Shown here one piece after another: positions 1 to 10,085 of a stretch of 64,000 bases of DNA (its first letter is position 1; every line of letters starts with the position of its first letter). The notes beneath the pieces are model-generated. The model ran no database searches, was not told the origin of the DNA, and was given only the letters and a program-made list of their open reading frames with translations. The position numbers were made by a program, and so were the translations under genes. The DNA comes from an uncultured Nitrospiraceae bacterium (GTDB lineage Bacteria; Nitrospirota; Nitrospiria; Nitrospirales; Nitrospiraceae), in contig CAVPLT010000006.1 in assembly GCA_963706325.1 (NCBI GenBank), positions 128,001-192,000 on the forward strand, given 5' to 3'.

Positions 1-33
1 TTTTACGAAATAGTCTCTCTGTCGTGAAAATAA

Positions 34-762
34 TTACGTGGAAGCGAGTTGCTTGAGTCTGGGGAGGTCGCGAATGACGAGGCGGGCGGCGGTGCCGGAA
101 ACCAGGCGATCTTTTTTGAAACGCGCCATGATCCGAATGGCGGTTTCCGTCGTTACCCCCACCATATTGGCCATATCCTGACGCGTGAGCCGAACAGACA
201 ACCGAATGCCGTTTGAGTCCTGTACGCCGCTACGCTCGGCCAAGCCCACCAATAGGGAGGCCAGTCGTTGGTCCGCGCTGTCTAATGCAAGGACCTTGGC
301 TTTTTCTTGTGCCTCGTTGAGGCGGTTGCCAAGATACCGAATCACTTCCATCGCCGCATCGGGATTTGCCCTCAGCATCTTGAAATAGGCCTCTTTTTTC
401 ATCCGCAGGACACTGACGTCGCCCATCGGCTGCGCCGTTCCCGGATGAGAGGCGCCATCAAAAGCCGAGGCATCACAGCAAAAGAGATCGCCCGGCATGA
501 GTACCTTCAGCGTGCATTCCTTCCCGTCGAGGGAAGATTTGACACACTTGACGGACCCTTCCTTGACGATATGGAAGTATTCGGTGGGGTCGCCTTCGCG
601 GAAAATGTACTGGCCCTTCCCATATCGGGTTTCCGTCATTTCGCCCAGGACCTGTTGCCGATCCTGGGCGCTGAGGATTTTGAGGAGGGGAATCTGATTC
701 AGTCCCGAAGGAAACTCGGCGTCGGGCTGATCAGCGGAGGATGGCTTTGACGGCTTCGACAA
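34..762 (-). CDS. Crp/Fnr family transcriptional regulator
   Basis: cNMP-binding beta-roll (IFREGDPTEYFHIVKEGSVK) plus C-terminal HTH (LTRQDMANMVGVTTETAIRIM). The TTG start overlaps the tkt 3' end and is uncertain. Confidence 0.92.
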   Translation of the reverse strand: MSKPSKPSSADQPDAEFPSGLNQIPLLKILSAQDRQQVLGEMTETRYGKGQYIFREGDPTEYFHIVKEGSVKCVKSSLDGKECTLKVLMPGDLFCCDASAFDGASHPGTAQPMGDVSVLRMKKEAYFKMLRANPDAAMEVIRYLGNRLNEAQEKAKVLALDSADQRLASLLVGLAERSGVQDSNGIRLSVRLTRQDMANMVGVTTETAIRIMARFKKDRLVSGTAARLVIRDLPRLKQLAST

Positions 763-2605
763 TGGAGCGTACTCCGATTCCGAAATGATCGACGAGTTCC
801 TCCGGTTTGCCGCTGCGCGGAATCTCGCGTACGGCGAGCTTTTTGACTCGCACGTCCTCTAGCGCCAGCGCACTCAGAACCGTGTCGCCGATTCCGCCAT
901 GGGCGTAGTGATCCTCGACCGTCAAAAAGCGACCACCCGTCGCGCGGGCACAGGTGATGAGCGTCTCACGGTCGACCGGCACGATGCTGTAGAGGTCGAG
1001 CACGCGCGTAGCGATCCCGCTGGCCTTTAACTGGTCGTGCGCCTTCAGCGCTTCAAACAGGGTGACGCCTGCCGCGACGATCGTGAGCTTGTCGTCGGCG
1101 CTCTGACGAACAACCTTCGACCCGCCGATGCGGAAGGTTTCGTCGGGACCATATATCACTGCCGTCTTCGGACGGCCGGCGCGAAGATAGACCATTCCCT
1201 TGTGGGCCGCGGCTGTTTCGACCAGCTTGTACATCGAGAGGGCATCCGAGGGGTAGAGCACCGTTACCCCCGGTTGCGCCGACATCATGGCTAGATCTTC
1301 CAGCCCCATTTGTGACGGACCGTCCTCCCCGATGCTGACCCCGACGTGCGTGCCGACCAATTTGATATTCGACTGGCTGATGGCCGCCATACGAATGAAG
1401 TCGTAGGCGCGCGTGAAGAAGGCGGCAAACGTGGCGACAAACGGAATTTTTCCACAGGCCGCGATGCCGGCCGCGGCGCCCAGCATATTTTGTTCGGCAA
1501 TAAAGTTTTCGAGGAAGCGGTCGGGAAAGCGCTTGCCGAACTTTTCACTGTAGGTGGAATTCTTCACGTCGGCATCAAGGGCAACCACGAGTGGATTTGC
1601 CTCGCCGAGCGCCAGCAACGCGGCCCCGAAGGCTTCGCGAGTAGCCGCGGAGTCACCCAGCTTATAGGGTGGAGGAGCCATCGTACCCTGTGACGTGGCG
1701 GGAGCCTGCCCTGTGGTCGGCAGCATAATGTGCGGCTGAGCCGATGTAGGCTTGAGCTGGCGCGTCAATTCATCAAGGGCCTTTTGAGTCTCTTCCCCCT
1801 TCTTCAAGGGCTTCCCGTGCCAGTCCGGAAGATTTTCGATGAATGAAATGCCGTGCCCCTTAAAGGTTTTCGCCAGCAAAATCGTCGGCCGGCCTTGGGT
1901 TCGTCCCGCCTCTTGGAACGCCGCCACGAGCGCGCCGACATCATGCCCATCCACCACGATGGCATGCCAACCGAATCCAGCCCAACGGGCGCGGTAGGCC
2001 TCCATATCATGTTGGAGCATGGTGGGGCCGCTCTGGCCCAGTCGATTGACGTCAATGATGGCGCAGAGGTTATCCAAACCAGCCTGGCGGGCCACGTCAG
2101 CCGCCTCCCATACCGAGCCTTCCGCGGATTCGCCGTCGCCCATCAAGACATAGGTTCGATAGTCCGTCTTATCGATTGACTTCGCATTGAAGGCGAGACC
2201 GACCCCGGCGGGTAACCCTTGTCCCAGCGACCCGGTCGCCATGTCGACGAACGAAAGGCGTGGGGTCGGATGTCCTTCAAGATCGGAGGATAGCGTACGA
2301 AGTTTGAGCAGTTCCGACTTGGGAAACAGTCCCGCCTCCGCCCAGGCGGCATACAGTAAGGGCGCCGCGTGACCTTTTGAGAGCACAAATCGATCGCTGT
2401 TGCGCAACTTCGGATTCTTTGGGTCATACCGCATCACCGAGAAAAACAAGACCGCCACGATGTCCGCAGCTGAGCAGCAACTGGACGGGTGACCACTCCC
2501 TGCCTCGGTCGTCGCCTTCACACTATCGATGCGGAGGTGCGTAGCCTTATTGGACAGAAGGGTCAGGAGCTCAGGTGCCGGTACGGTGGCGGTCGAGGAA
2601 GTCAT
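731..2605 (-). CDS. tkt: Transketolase (fused N- and C-terminal domains)
   Basis: SGHPSS, DRFVLSKGHAAP, ThDP motif GDGE..EGSVWEA...N, FIAEQNM, GEDGPSQ. Confidence 0.93.
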   Translation of the reverse strand: MTSSTATVPAPELLTLLSNKATHLRIDSVKATTEAGSGHPSSCCSAADIVAVLFFSVMRYDPKNPKLRNSDRFVLSKGHAAPLLYAAWAEAGLFPKSELLKLRTLSSDLEGHPTPRLSFVDMATGSLGQGLPAGVGLAFNAKSIDKTDYRTYVLMGDGESAEGSVWEAADVARQAGLDNLCAIIDVNRLGQSGPTMLQHDMEAYRARWAGFGWHAIVVDGHDVGALVAAFQEAGRTQGRPTILLAKTFKGHGISFIENLPDWHGKPLKKGEETQKALDELTRQLKPTSAQPHIMLPTTGQAPATSQGTMAPPPYKLGDSAATREAFGAALLALGEANPLVVALDADVKNSTYSEKFGKRFPDRFLENFIAEQNMLGAAAGIAACGKIPFVATFAAFFTRAYDFIRMAAISQSNIKLVGTHVGVSIGEDGPSQMGLEDLAMMSAQPGVTVLYPSDALSMYKLVETAAAHKGMVYLRAGRPKTAVIYGPDETFRIGGSKVVRQSADDKLTIVAAGVTLFEALKAHDQLKASGIATRVLDLYSIVPVDRETLITCARATGGRFLTVEDHYAHGGIGDTVLSALALEDVRVKKLAVREIPRSGKPEELVDHFGIGVRSIVEAVKAILR

Positions 2606-2674
2606 GCGAGATCCTTTCAAGGTCGGAACTGATGGGTGAACGACGAGCAGAACGGAACGGCTCTTACTCGTATG

Positions 2675-2703
2675 AAGCTAACAAAAGGTCTGCGGGGAGT
2701 CAA
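2675..2703 (-). promoter_or_regulatory. Putative sigma70 promoter of tkt
   Basis: Minus strand TTGACT-17 bp-TAGCTT, divergent from the pyrR promoter. Confidence 0.5.
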
Positions 2704-2747
2704 TGAAGGGCTCCACCGGATTCGCCCGCTTGAGCTTTCTGCGATTC

Positions 2748-2776
2748 TTGACAGGGTGGGGGCAACTCGTTAAGAT
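2748..2776 (+). promoter_or_regulatory. sigma70 promoter of the pyr operon
   Basis: TTGACA-17 bp-TAAGAT. Confidence 0.8.
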
Positions 2777-2783
2777 CCACTCG

Positions 2784-3479
<696 letters not shown>

Positions 3480-3493
3480 TCGGAGACATTGCC

Positions 3494-4414
3494 GTGGGGC
3501 TCAAGCGGAAAGACCTGCTCAGTTTGACCGTGCTCTCGGCGGCCGACATCACCTTGATCCTGGACACGGCGGACTCGTTCAAGGAAGTCTCAGGACGAGA
3601 GATCAAGAAGGTGCCGGCTTTGCGGGGCAAGACCGTCGTGAACCTCTTCTTCGAGCCTAGCACGAGAACCAGGACCTCGTTTGAATTGGCCGCCAAACGA
3701 CTGAGCGCTGATGTCATCAATTTTTCCCCCTCTTCCAGCAGTATCGTGAAGGGCGAAACGTTGTTGGACACCGCTCGCAACATCGAAGCCATGCAGGCAG
3801 ACATTATCGTCTTGCGGCATCCTTCGGCCGGCGCAGCCGAAACCCTTGCGCGCGGCGTGAAATCATCCGTGATCAATGCCGGCGACGGATGGCATGAACA
3901 CCCCACACAGGCCTTGCTGGACCTGTATACGATTCGCGGCCGGGGGATGGGATTCGCGGGCCTTCGCGTCGCGATTGTCGGCGATGTGGCCCATAGCCGC
4001 GTGGCCCGTTCGAACATCTTTGCCTTGACAAAGCTCGGAGCGGAGGTGCGGGTGGTGGGGCCTCCGACCATGATTCCCTTGCACATCGACCAGCTCGGCG
4101 TGCGGGTGTACCACAACCTGGACGAGGCCCTTCGAGGGGTTCAGGTGATCATGATGTTGCGGCTCCAACTGGAGCGGCAAGGCCGGGCGCTGTTTCCCAC
4201 GATCCGTGAATATGCGCGGCAGTACGGATTGACGAGTGACCGTGTAAAACTTGCGGAACCAGGTGCCATCGTCATGCATCCCGGTCCGATCAATCGAGGC
4301 GTCGAAATAGCTCCGGATGTGGCGGACAGTATTTCATCCGTCATTCTGGATCAGGTGGCGAACGGAGTGGCGGTGCGAATGGGGATCCTTTATTTGATGT
4401 CAGGCGCTGGCTAG
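3494..4414 (+). CDS. pyrB: Aspartate carbamoyltransferase catalytic subunit
   Basis: [33 protein letters not shown]. Confidence 0.98.
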   Translation: MGLKRKDLLSLTVLSAADITLILDTADSFKEVSGREIKKVPALRGKTVVNLFFEPSTRTRTSFELAAKRLSADVINFSPSSSSIVKGETLLDTARNIEAMQADIIVLRHPSAGAAETLARGVKSSVINAGDGWHEHPTQALLDLYTIRGRGMGFAGLRVAIVGDVAHSRVARSNIFALTKLGAEVRVVGPPTMIPLHIDQLGVRVYHNLDEALRGVQVIMMLRLQLERQGRALFPTIREYARQYGLTSDRVKLAEPGAIVMHPGPINRGVEIAPDVADSISSVILDQVANGVAVRMGILYLMSGAG

Positions 4415-4532
4415 CGATGAAATGATAGATGGGGTAAGAGATTGGGAATGACGATGAACCATGAGTCCGGGCGCCGCGCATGTTCCGCGAGTGTGTTGAG
4501 CCTGACGTTTTTGCTGTGGGTCTGCGCGGGTC

Positions 4533-4841
4533 ATGTGGGACCTTCAACAATTGGCAAAAACTCCTGATGAACTCCAGGCATTGCACCAATTCAAAGCCGA
4601 GCATCCGGATGTGAACAGCGAGGATGATTTGAGCATGGCCCTGGAAGCGTATCGCGCCGCCAAACTGAGAAAGCGGGCGTTGGCGATTCGATTTCGTCAT
4701 CGATACCCCAACACGACTGCCGAAGAGGTGAACATCCTCGTCGACGACCAGGTGGCGAGGGAAGGTCCCTATCCGGCAGCGGCGCCGATGGACTGCATGA
4801 ATACAGGCGCGGCCTCCTTGACAACCACGAGCTGCAATTGA
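4533..4841 (+). CDS. Hypothetical protein, possibly frameshifted from a signal-peptide ORF starting at 4448
   Basis: Co-oriented ORF filling the pyrB-pyrC gap. See the related finding. Confidence 0.55.
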   Translation: MWDLQQLAKTPDELQALHQFKAEHPDVNSEDDLSMALEAYRAAKLRKRALAIRFRHRYPNTTAEEVNILVDDQVAREGPYPAAAPMDCMNTGAASLTTTSCN

Positions 4842-4857
4842 CAGGAGAAAAACCTAA

Positions 4858-6159
4858 TTGCGTGACAGAACGATTCTGATCAAGGGCGGACATGTGATCG
4901 ATCCCGGGCGGTTCAACGGCATCGCGGACGTCTTGATCGAGGACGGGAAAATTTCAGCGGTGGCGCCGACGCTCACTGCGCCAGCCGGCGCGCCGGTGAT
5001 TCAAGCGGCCGGCCTGCTGGTACTCCCAGGCTTCGTCGATCTCCACGTCCATTTTCGCGAGCCCGGATTTGAATATAAAGAGACGATTCAGTCCGGGACC
5101 GCTGCGGCCGTTGCGGGTGGTTTTACCTCCGTCTGCGCTATGCCCAATACCAACCCGGTGAACGACAATCAGTCGATCACCGAATTTATGCTTGATCGAG
5201 CGCGAGCCGCCGGCAACGCCCATTTGTATCCGATCGGCGCCATCACCAAGGGATCGGAAGGCAAAGAGCTGGCGGAAATTGGAGACCTGCGCCGCGCCGG
5301 TTGTGTCGCGATTTCCGACGACGGGAAACCGGTGATGAATAGTCTCGTGATGCGGCGGGCCATGGAATATGCCCGGGCCTTCGATGTGCCGGTCGTCGAT
5401 CATTGCGAGGATTTGCACCTCTCAGAGGGCGGTTGCATGAATGAAGGGTTGCTTTCGACTGAGCTCGGATTGCCTGGGATTCCCTCAGCGGCGGAGGATG
5501 TGATGGTGGCGCGTAATGTGTCGCTCGCCGAGCTCACGGGAGCCAGGCTGCATCTGGCTCACATCAGCACCGCTGGTTCGGTGCGCATGGTGCGGGAGGC
5601 GAAATCACGCGGTCTTAAGGTCACGGCTGAAGCCTGCCCTCATCATTTCACCCTTACCGAGGAGCTCACACGCGGATACAACACCCATGCGAAAATGAAT
5701 CCTCCACTGAGGACCTGGCAAGACGTGCAGGCCATCAAGGAAGGACTCCGTGACGGGACCATCGACGTCATCGCGACCGACCATGCCCCGCATGCGACAC
5801 AAGAAAAACAGCAAGAGTTTACCGAGGCGCCGTTCGGGATTGTCGGGTTGGAAACTGCGTTGTCGCTGACACTCGCCCTGGTCGAGGAAGGTGTGCTCAC
5901 GATCGAATCGGCCGTAGAGAAACTCGCGACGGCACCGGCCAAGGCCTTCAGCCTCGATGCCGGCACCTTGGCAGTGGGCGCTCCGGCCGACGTGGTCATT
6001 GTCGATGAACACAAACAATGGGAAGTGGACCCCTCACGGTTTCGCTCCAAAAGCCGCAATACGCCCTTCGCCGGATGGAAGCTGAAGGGGCGGGTCACGA
6101 CGACGATCGTGGCTGGTCGAGTAGTCTTCGAACTTGAGCAGCCCGGACGACAGGCGTAG
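4858..6159 (+). CDS. pyrC: Dihydroorotase
   Basis: DLHVHFREPG, MPNTNP, KMNPPLR, ATDHAPH. Confidence 0.97.
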   Translation: MRDRTILIKGGHVIDPGRFNGIADVLIEDGKISAVAPTLTAPAGAPVIQAAGLLVLPGFVDLHVHFREPGFEYKETIQSGTAAAVAGGFTSVCAMPNTNPVNDNQSITEFMLDRARAAGNAHLYPIGAITKGSEGKELAEIGDLRRAGCVAISDDGKPVMNSLVMRRAMEYARAFDVPVVDHCEDLHLSEGGCMNEGLLSTELGLPGIPSAAEDVMVARNVSLAELTGARLHLAHISTAGSVRMVREAKSRGLKVTAEACPHHFTLTEELTRGYNTHAKMNPPLRTWQDVQAIKEGLRDGTIDVIATDHAPHATQEKQQEFTEAPFGIVGLETALSLTLALVEEGVLTIESAVEKLATAPAKAFSLDAGTLAVGAPADVVIVDEHKQWEVDPSRFRSKSRNTPFAGWKLKGRVTTTIVAGRVVFELEQPGRQA

Positions 6160-6212
6160 CAAAGGCCACTGAAACAGAGATATGTAAGTTCGAGATGACA
6201 GGCAGTGTGCCC

Positions 6213-6360
6213 GCAGGAGGTTCAAAAAGGCCGTCCAGCGAGGCCGCAGCGAGGCGCACGGCGCGAGGAATAACGAGCGCCACGTTTGTGAACGCCGCCG
6301 AGATGATGAGGCGGCAGTGTCTTGCGAAAACAACGCGGGCGGACTTTTTCAACATTCTGT
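6213..6360. repeat. Intergenic palindromic repeat, family A (variant core)
   Basis: Ends GCAGGAGGTTCAAAAAGGCCGTCCAGCGAGGCCGCAGCGAG and GGCGGACTTTTTCAACATTCTG match the reverse complement of the 58109-58233 copy. Confidence 0.8.
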
Positions 6361-6374
6361 TAGGGGCGAGGATT

Positions 6375-6878
6375 GTGCGACAAGGACTGATCGCCTGCAT
6401 CACCTGTGAGTTGCTCGCCCTAGCCATCTGGATCGGCGGCCTCGTGGTGCTGATCGCAGCCGTCATTCCGGCGGTGTTCAATACGTTCGGCGGGCAGGAT
6501 ACGGGCGGCTTCTTCCTGACAAGAGCCTTTGACGGATATAATCGGTTGGTGCTCGGGGCGGCGACGGTGTTGACCCTAGGAGTTCTATGGCGGGCTTGGC
6601 TCGTCCAGCAAGGTCTGGTGGATGGTGAAATTTCCAGAACGGAATGGCTGCTGCTTGGAGGAATGCTTCTCGCGGCTGGGGTGATCACGTTTGTGCTGCA
6701 TCCCCAGGCCGCAGCCCTGCAAGCCCTAGCTTTCGCCTCCAAGGGTGAGGAAGCGAGAAAAGCGGCCTTCGAAGCGTTCTTTCAGATGCACAAACCGATG
6801 CGGATTCTGTACATCGTCAATGTGGGACTCGGCATCGCATTGCTGACCGTGCGCGTGCGATTATGGATTCCTCGTTAA
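6375..6878 (+). CDS. DUF4149-like 4-TM membrane protein
   Basis: Four hydrophobic helices, WIGG near the N-terminus, FFQMHK. The ORF-track N-terminal extension runs through the repeat. Confidence 0.75.
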   Translation: MRQGLIACITCELLALAIWIGGLVVLIAAVIPAVFNTFGGQDTGGFFLTRAFDGYNRLVLGAATVLTLGVLWRAWLVQQGLVDGEISRTEWLLLGGMLLAAGVITFVLHPQAAALQALAFASKGEEARKAAFEAFFQMHKPMRILYIVNVGLGIALLTVRVRLWIPR

Positions 6879-6881
6879 GGA

Positions 6882-8072
6882 GTGAAGGTGAAGAAAGCGA
6901 TTCTAGCACTCGCCGATGGAACATGGTTCGAGGGGCGGGCCTTGGGAGCGGAAGGCGAGACCGGCGGCGAAGTCGTGTTCAACACGGCCATGACCGGATA
7001 TCAGGAAGTCCTGACCGATCCTTCCTATCGGGGACAGATCGTAACCATGACCTCTCCGCACATCGGAAACTATGGCGTGAACCCCGAAGACATCGAATCA
7101 GGTCGCATCTGGGCGGAAGGATTTGTGGTTAAGGAATCCAGCCGGGCGGCGAGCAATTGGCGCAGTAGGGGGACGCTGCAAGAATATTTGCAGACGGCCA
7201 ACATTGTCGCAATCGAAGGAATCGATACCCGAGCGCTCACTACGCACCTGCGAGAAAAAGGCGCGCAATCGGGCGTGATCTCGCACATAGAGATGGATCC
7301 TCACCGTGTAGCGGAAAAGGCTCGGCAAATGCCAAGCATCATTGGTCGAGATCTAGCCGCTACTGTAACGTGCGAACGGCGCTATTCCTGGACCACCGGA
7401 ACCGGTGACTGGGCACCCAAGCTAGAGATGGTTACCGCCGCGACCCAGTCCACACCGCGGTCTACCTGGCGCGTCGTGGCCTACGATTTTGGAATCAAAC
7501 AGAATATTTTGCGGCGACTGGTGGATGTCGGGTGTGACGTAACCGTCGTGCCAGCCTCCACCCCCGCCAAGGATGTCTTGGCCCTCAACCCCCATGGGGT
7601 GTTCCTTTCAAACGGTCCCGGCGATCCGGAAGCCGTGCGCTACGGCATGACCGCCCTTCGAGAGTTAATCGGCCGTTTACCGATTTTCGGCATTTGCCTG
7701 GGGCATCAGTTGCTCGGCCTGGCATTAGGCTTCTCCACCTATAAATTGAAGTTCGGTCATCATGGCGCGAATCACCCAGTCATAGATCTTCGAACGGGAA
7801 AAGTTGAAATCACCTCTCAGAACCATAACTTCGGCGTGCAGTTTCCGACCGATCGGTCACAGGGTGGACAGGAACTATCGATCGCAGACACGCCGTTCGG
7901 TCGGGTGCAGTTGACTCATGTCAGCCTCAATGATGGATCCGTCGAAGGAATGGTGTGTCTGGACCGCCCGGTTTTTTCCGTGCAATATCACCCGGAAGCG
8001 TCGCCGGGCCCTCACGATTCCGCCTATCTCTTTCAGCAATTTGTCGACTTAATGGAGAGACACCATGCTTAG
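6882..8072 (+). CDS. carA: Carbamoyl-phosphate synthase small subunit
   Basis: [38 protein letters not shown]. Confidence 0.98.
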   Translation: MKVKKAILALADGTWFEGRALGAEGETGGEVVFNTAMTGYQEVLTDPSYRGQIVTMTSPHIGNYGVNPEDIESGRIWAEGFVVKESSRAASNWRSRGTLQEYLQTANIVAIEGIDTRALTTHLREKGAQSGVISHIEMDPHRVAEKARQMPSIIGRDLAATVTCERRYSWTTGTGDWAPKLEMVTAATQSTPRSTWRVVAYDFGIKQNILRRLVDVGCDVTVVPASTPAKDVLALNPHGVFLSNGPGDPEAVRYGMTALRELIGRLPIFGICLGHQLLGLALGFSTYKLKFGHHGANHPVIDLRTGKVEITSQNHNFGVQFPTDRSQGGQELSIADTPFGRVQLTHVSLNDGSVEGMVCLDRPVFSVQYHPEASPGPHDSAYLFQQFVDLMERHHA

Positions 8073-9033
8073 CCTTTGGCACCTTTGGAGCGGTATCGCT
8101 GTATTGGCCCTCGCCCTGATGCAGGCAGCCTGTGTAACAATTAACCTGCCGCCGGGACCAGGCACTCTTGAAGAACATAAGGTCAGTGGAACCGGCAAGG
8201 ACAAGGTCCTGCTGATGGATATTTCCGGTGTGATCAGTTCGGACAACAAGGACGGCTTTTATACCACGCCGGGAATGCTGGCGACCGTCAAAGAGGAATT
8301 GGAGCGCGCGGGAAAGGATGAGCGAGTCAAGGCGATTGTACTCCGAATCAACAGTCCGGGCGGCACCGTTACCGCATCCGACATCATTTACCACGAACTG
8401 AAAACATTCAAGACGACCCGAAAGATTCCGGTGGTCGCCGCCATCATGGATGTCGGTGCCTCAGGCGGCTATTACATCGCGGCTGCAGCCGACGCGGTGC
8501 TGGCTCATCCCTCGTCCGTGACAGGCAGTATCGGCGTCATCATGCTGACCGTCAATGCCAGGGGACTGTTGGAAAAGGTCGGTGTCGAGACCAATGCCGT
8601 GACCTCTGGGCCACGCAAAGACATGGGGTCACCATTCCGAACGATGCTGCCGGAGGAGCGCGCAATTTTCCAAAGTGTGATCGATGGGTTTTATCAGCGC
8701 TTTCTTCAGATCGTGCAGGATGGACGACCCAACTTGTCCGGCGACACGATTAAAAAACTCGCTGATGGCCGCATCTATTCCGGCGAGCAGGCAAAAGCGT
8801 CGGGGTTGATCGACGAGATCGGGTATCTGGAAGACGCTGTGGAACTGGCCAAGAAGAAGGCCGGTTTGACGGACGCGCGTGTCGTCACCTACCGCCGACC
8901 CGGCGAATACCAAAATAACATCTACTCGCGTCTCGTCGCGCCGGCGCCGAGTCTGGCCAATCTGGCGACCATTGACTTATTGTCGATGGTCAGAGGCGGG
9001 TCGCCCCAATTTATGTATCTGTGGATGCCCTGA
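8065..9033 (+). CDS. sppA: Signal peptide peptidase SppA (S49), probable lipoprotein
   Basis: [20 protein letters not shown]; lipobox-like QAAC. Confidence 0.92.
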   Translation: MLSLWHLWSGIAVLALALMQAACVTINLPPGPGTLEEHKVSGTGKDKVLLMDISGVISSDNKDGFYTTPGMLATVKEELERAGKDERVKAIVLRINSPGGTVTASDIIYHELKTFKTTRKIPVVAAIMDVGASGGYYIAAAADAVLAHPSSVTGSIGVIMLTVNARGLLEKVGVETNAVTSGPRKDMGSPFRTMLPEERAIFQSVIDGFYQRFLQIVQDGRPNLSGDTIKKLADGRIYSGEQAKASGLIDEIGYLEDAVELAKKKAGLTDARVVTYRRPGEYQNNIYSRLVAPAPSLANLATIDLLSMVRGGSPQFMYLWMP

Positions 9034-9083
9034 GGCAATGCGTTGCATCCTGCGCGCGGTGCTGGTTGAATGGAGGGCAGGCC

Positions 9084-10064
9084 ATGCATCCACCATCGAA
9101 TCATTCCATGGAGACCATTCTCAGCAGCCCGCTCGGTCGGCGGGCCGTCCTCGCGCTGGGGGCGCGCGCGGCCTATGTCCTCACGACTACGTTGGGGCTT
9201 GGAGCGGCCACGGGATTGCTGCAGTCGCTTGCAGGCTGCCAGCGGGCTCCGGGCACGGCCAGAGAACAGTTCATTTATTTTTCGGAAGAGAAAGAAATGG
9301 CGATGGGCCTCTCGGCCTTTCGGGAAGTACTGCGGCAGGCCCCATTGAGCGACAATCCTGAGCTCAATGAAATGGTTCATCGGGTAGGGGATCGTATTGC
9401 CAAGGCGGCGAACAAGCCTGAATATCAGTGGGAGTTCGCCGTGATCCAGGATGATCGTACGATCAATGCATTTGCGCTTCCTGGCGGCAAGGTCGCCGTG
9501 TTTACCGGCATATTAAAAGTGACCAAGAACGAGGATGGGCTTGCGACGGTGATGGGCCACGAGGTCGCGCATGCCCTGCAACGCCATGGAGCGGAACGGA
9601 TGAGTCGCGGCATTCTCGAACAGATCGGACAGCTTGCCGCGCTCGGAGCGGGCGCGGCCACGGGACGTCCCGATGCGGCGATGGCAGCGATGACCGCGTA
9701 TGGCGTCGGCGTGTCGTTGCCGTTCGACCGCCGGCAGGAGTCTGAAGCGGACCAAATCGGGCTTCGCTTAATGGCGCAGGCAGGATATGACCCCCGCGAG
9801 GCTGTCGCTTTTTGGGAACGGATGAGCGGCTGTCCACGGGCAATGATCAACAAGCTGTGCTTTCGCTCGCAGCAAGCGATTCCTGAATTTCTCTCGACCC
9901 ATCCATCCGATGTGACTCGTATCAATCAAATCGAAGCCTGGATCCCGGAGGCGTTAAAGTACTACCACCCGTCGGGAACGACTCCGGCATTCCCCATCGG
10001 TCCCATTCAGCCCTACCGGCCGCCGGTCGGGCCAATGCCTGAGGCGCCCCCGCCGACTGGATAA
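9084..10064 (+). CDS. M48 family metallopeptidase, probable lipoprotein
   Basis: NAFALPGG, HEVAH, ESEAD, FLSTHP; RRAVL...LAGC signal. Confidence 0.92.
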   Translation: MHPPSNHSMETILSSPLGRRAVLALGARAAYVLTTTLGLGAATGLLQSLAGCQRAPGTAREQFIYFSEEKEMAMGLSAFREVLRQAPLSDNPELNEMVHRVGDRIAKAANKPEYQWEFAVIQDDRTINAFALPGGKVAVFTGILKVTKNEDGLATVMGHEVAHALQRHGAERMSRGILEQIGQLAALGAGAATGRPDAAMAAMTAYGVGVSLPFDRRQESEADQIGLRLMAQAGYDPREAVAFWERMSGCPRAMINKLCFRSQQAIPEFLSTHPSDVTRINQIEAWIPEALKYYHPSGTTPAFPIGPIQPYRPPVGPMPEAPPPTG

Positions 10065-10085
10065 CTTTTTCTCTAGAGGTCAATT

